Notes under the pieces: model-generated
Told to the model about the DNA's origin: nothing
The model's input: only the letters and a program-made list of their open reading frames with translations
Database searches by the model: none
Assembly: GCA_945861645.1 (NCBI GenBank)
Contig: CAMAVZ010000057.1
Span: forward strand, 1 to 10,046
Source of the DNA: Opitutus sp. GAS368
Lineage (GTDB): Bacteria; Verrucomicrobiota; Verrucomicrobiia; Opitutales; Opitutaceae
Length of the DNA: 10,046 bases
Reading direction: 5' to 3'
In this document: piece after piece, positions 8,164 through 10,046 of the stretch
Numbering within the stretch: position 1 is the first letter of the stretch
How the letters are laid out: each line of letters opens with the position of its first letter
Position numbers and translations under genes: made by a program

Positions 8164-8187
8164 TAAATAAACTACCCCTCTTTTCTC

Positions 8188-10046
8188 ATGAGTTCCAACT
8201 TACCCCAATCCTCGGTTGATCGCGAAAATCCTTGGCCGGGCTTAGCCACATTTACCGAAGCCCAACGGGCATTTTTCCATGGCCGCGACGAAGAGATTCG
8301 CGAACTCACCCGGCGACTCGAACGTAAAACGCTGACCGTGCTCTTTGGTCAGTCTGGCCTCGGCAAGTCATCCCTCCTCCAAGCGGGAGTTTTCCCGCGC
8401 TTACGCTCGGCTGGCTACTGTCCGATCTACGTGCGACTCGATCACTCTCCCGATGCCTTGCCCCTCGCTGAGCAGATCAAGCCGACGGTGACGGCCGCAA
8501 CGTCTTTGATGGGCGTGTGGTCGCAAGGCGGCGTGGCCGTGGCCGGCGAGTCTCTCTGGGAATACTTTCATCACCGCGATGACATTTTGCGGGGCGGCAG
8601 CGGTCAGCTGCTCATTCCCCTGCTCGTCTTCGATCAATTTGAAGAATTGTTCACCTTGGGGGCCGCGGCCGATAGCACCCGTGCACGTGCGCAAGCATTC
8701 CTCACGGAACTCGCAGATGTCGTGGAAAATCGCCCACCGGCTTCGTTTGAAGCTCGGCTCGATGCCGGCACTGTCGATGCGGAGAAATTTGATTTCACCC
8801 GCAGCGATTATCGCGTGCTGATTTCCCTCCGCGAAGATTATCTGCCGCACCTTGAAAGCCTGAAGGGGGCCATGCCCTCCCTCATGCAGAATCGCTTGCG
8901 GCTTAAGCGCCTCTCCGGCACTCAAGCGCTGGAGGCCGTCGTCAATCCCGCCCCTGGTCTCGTCACCGAAGATGTGGCGCGGGCAATCGTAACTTTTGTC
9001 TCAGGCCGGACTGATCTGACCCAAGCGGAAGTGGAGCCCTCACTCCTAAGCTTGGTGTGTCGTGAACTCAACCATCGCCGCCAAGCGGTGGGCGCTACGG
9101 CGATTGATGCCGCCCTGCTCGATGGCTCGCGCGAGACGATTCTCGTTGAATTTTATGAACGTACTTTAGCCGACCAACCGGACGCTGTCCGCCACTTCAT
9201 CGAAGACGAATTGCTGACTGATTCAGGTTACCGTGAGAATATCGCACTCGAGCGAGCGCAAAAACTCTTAGCGACTGCGGGTGCCCCCAGCACCGCGATC
9301 GACACGCTCGTCGCGCGCCGCTTACTCCGCATTGAAGAACGACTCGATGTCCGTCGCATTGAGCTCACCCATGATGTTCTCTGTGGGGTGGTAAAAGCGA
9401 GCCGCGCAATTCGGCAAGAACGCGAGGCGCGAGTCGCCGAGGAGCAGCGCCGCCAGGCAAGCGCGGCCCAGCTCTTGGCCGCCCAAGAGAGCGCAGCCAA
9501 AGCTCAGCGTTCAGCGCAGCGCTCACGATTCGTGGCCGTAGGGAGCAGCGTCCTCGCCGTGGTGGCCATCGGCGCGGCGATTTGGGGCTATATCAATTTG
9601 CGGCGAGCGGAAGCGGCCGAAAGCCATATCAGTGCTGAGCGCGATCGCGCCCAAGCTTCCCGCGGTGAAGCCGAAAAACTCGTGAGCTTTCTGCTCGATG
9701 ACCTTTACCGGCAATTAGAGTCCACCGGCCGGACCGCCGTGGTCAGCAGTCTAGCGAGCCGCGCCCTCGCTTATTTTGAAGCGCTGCCACCGGAATTTCG
9801 TGATGCGAGCAGCGAGCGCTATCGAGGCGTCGCCCTGAGTCGACTCGGCATGGCCTTATCGATGCAAGGCAAGACGCGTGAAGCCGAAGAGCCGATGCTC
9901 GCAGCGGAGGCTTTATTTAAAGGCCTGCGCGACCAGGGAGACAAAACGGTGGGATTGGCGGTCGATCTCACTGCCCTGCTCCGCCAGCGCAGCAGAAATG
10001 CTTATGGTCAAAATCGCATGGCAGCCGGGCTTGAGATTAGTAAACG
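8188..10046 (+). CDS. nSTAND1-type (NLR-like) NTPase with coiled coil, TM helix and TPR-like C-terminal region (partial, runs off window)
   Basis: Translated by hand and open for 619 codons. Motifs: NPWPGLATF...FFHGRDEE, Walker A GQSGLGKS (8347-8370), Walker B LLVFDQFEELFT, ISLREDYL, PSLLSLVC, LVARRLLR and ELTHDVL. These are followed by an R/E/A-rich coiled coil, hydrophobic FVAVGSSVLAVVAIGAAIWGYINL (9529-9600) and TPR-like ALSRLGMALSMQGKTREAE. Confidence 0.9.
   Translation, partial: MSSNLPQSSVDRENPWPGLATFTEAQRAFFHGRDEEIRELTRRLERKTLTVLFGQSGLGKSSLLQAGVFPRLRSAGYCPIYVRLDHSPDALPLAEQIKPTVTAATSLMGVWSQGGVAVAGESLWEYFHHRDDILRGGSGQLLIPLLVFDQFEELFTLGAAADSTRARAQAFLTELADVVENRPPASFEARLDAGTVDAEKFDFTRSDYRVLISLREDYLPHLESLKGAMPSLMQNRLRLKRLSGTQALEAVVNPAPGLVTEDVARAIVTFVSGRTDLTQAEVEPSLLSLVCRELNHRRQAVGATAIDAALLDGSRETILVEFYERTLADQPDAVRHFIEDELLTDSGYRENIALERAQKLLATAGAPSTAIDTLVARRLLRIEERLDVRRIELTHDVLCGVVKASRAIRQEREARVAEEQRRQASAAQLLAAQESAAKAQRSAQRSRFVAVGSSVLAVVAIGAAIWGYINLRRAEAAESHISAERDRAQASRGEAEKLVSFLLDDLYRQLESTGRTAVVSSLASRALAYFEALPPEFRDASSERYRGVALSRLGMALSMQGKTREAEEPMLAAEALFKGLRDQGDKTVGLAVDLTALLRQRSRNAYGQNRMAAGLEISK

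Noticed and set aside
8161-8187. Programmed stop-codon readthrough producing a SIR2-TIR-STAND fusion
   Set aside because: There are two consecutive stops (TGA TAA), and the downstream ATG has its own leader motif.
8401-9714. ORFs 8401-8925 (-), 8579-8821 (+), 9228-9500 (-), 9523-9714 (-)
   Set aside because: These are antisense or alternative-frame shadows of the STAND gene, which has clear conserved motifs.
4109-10046. Calling the locus canonical Thoeris (thsA/thsB), Avs or CBASS
   Set aside because: There is no SIR2-SLOG or TM-macro ThsA, no effector-fused Avs architecture and no CD-NTase in the window, so no gene symbols were assigned.
1-10046. CRISPR array, tRNA/rRNA, transposase or integrase
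   Set aside because: No regularly spaced repeats, RNA-gene signatures or recombinase motifs were seen.

Overview
This is bacterial DNA, probably from Verrucomicrobia/Opitutaceae (inferred from the HTH-MBL hydrolase architecture and the SD-less, pyrimidine-rich translation starts). The left 4 kb is metabolic. On the minus strand it carries the 5' end of a signal-peptide protein, a 3-hydroxyacyl-CoA/L-carnitine/L-gulonate-type dehydrogenase and a xylose-isomerase-like TIM barrel. On the plus strand it carries an operon of an HTH-fused metallo-beta-lactamase-fold hydrolase and a beta-hydroxyacid dehydrogenase. The right 6 kb looks like a nucleotide-signalling conflict/anti-phage locus: a minus-strand SLOG + tandem SLATT (4 TM) effector-like gene, divergent from a two-gene operon. 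That operon encodes a catalytically degenerate SIR2-like + TIR protein and an effector-less nSTAND1-type NTPase with coiled coil, TM helix and TPR-like region (8188 to beyond the window end, absent from the ORF track). An AT-rich gene for a secreted protein, with its own putative promoter and terminator, sits between the two halves. All family calls come from motif recognition by eye, with no database searches.
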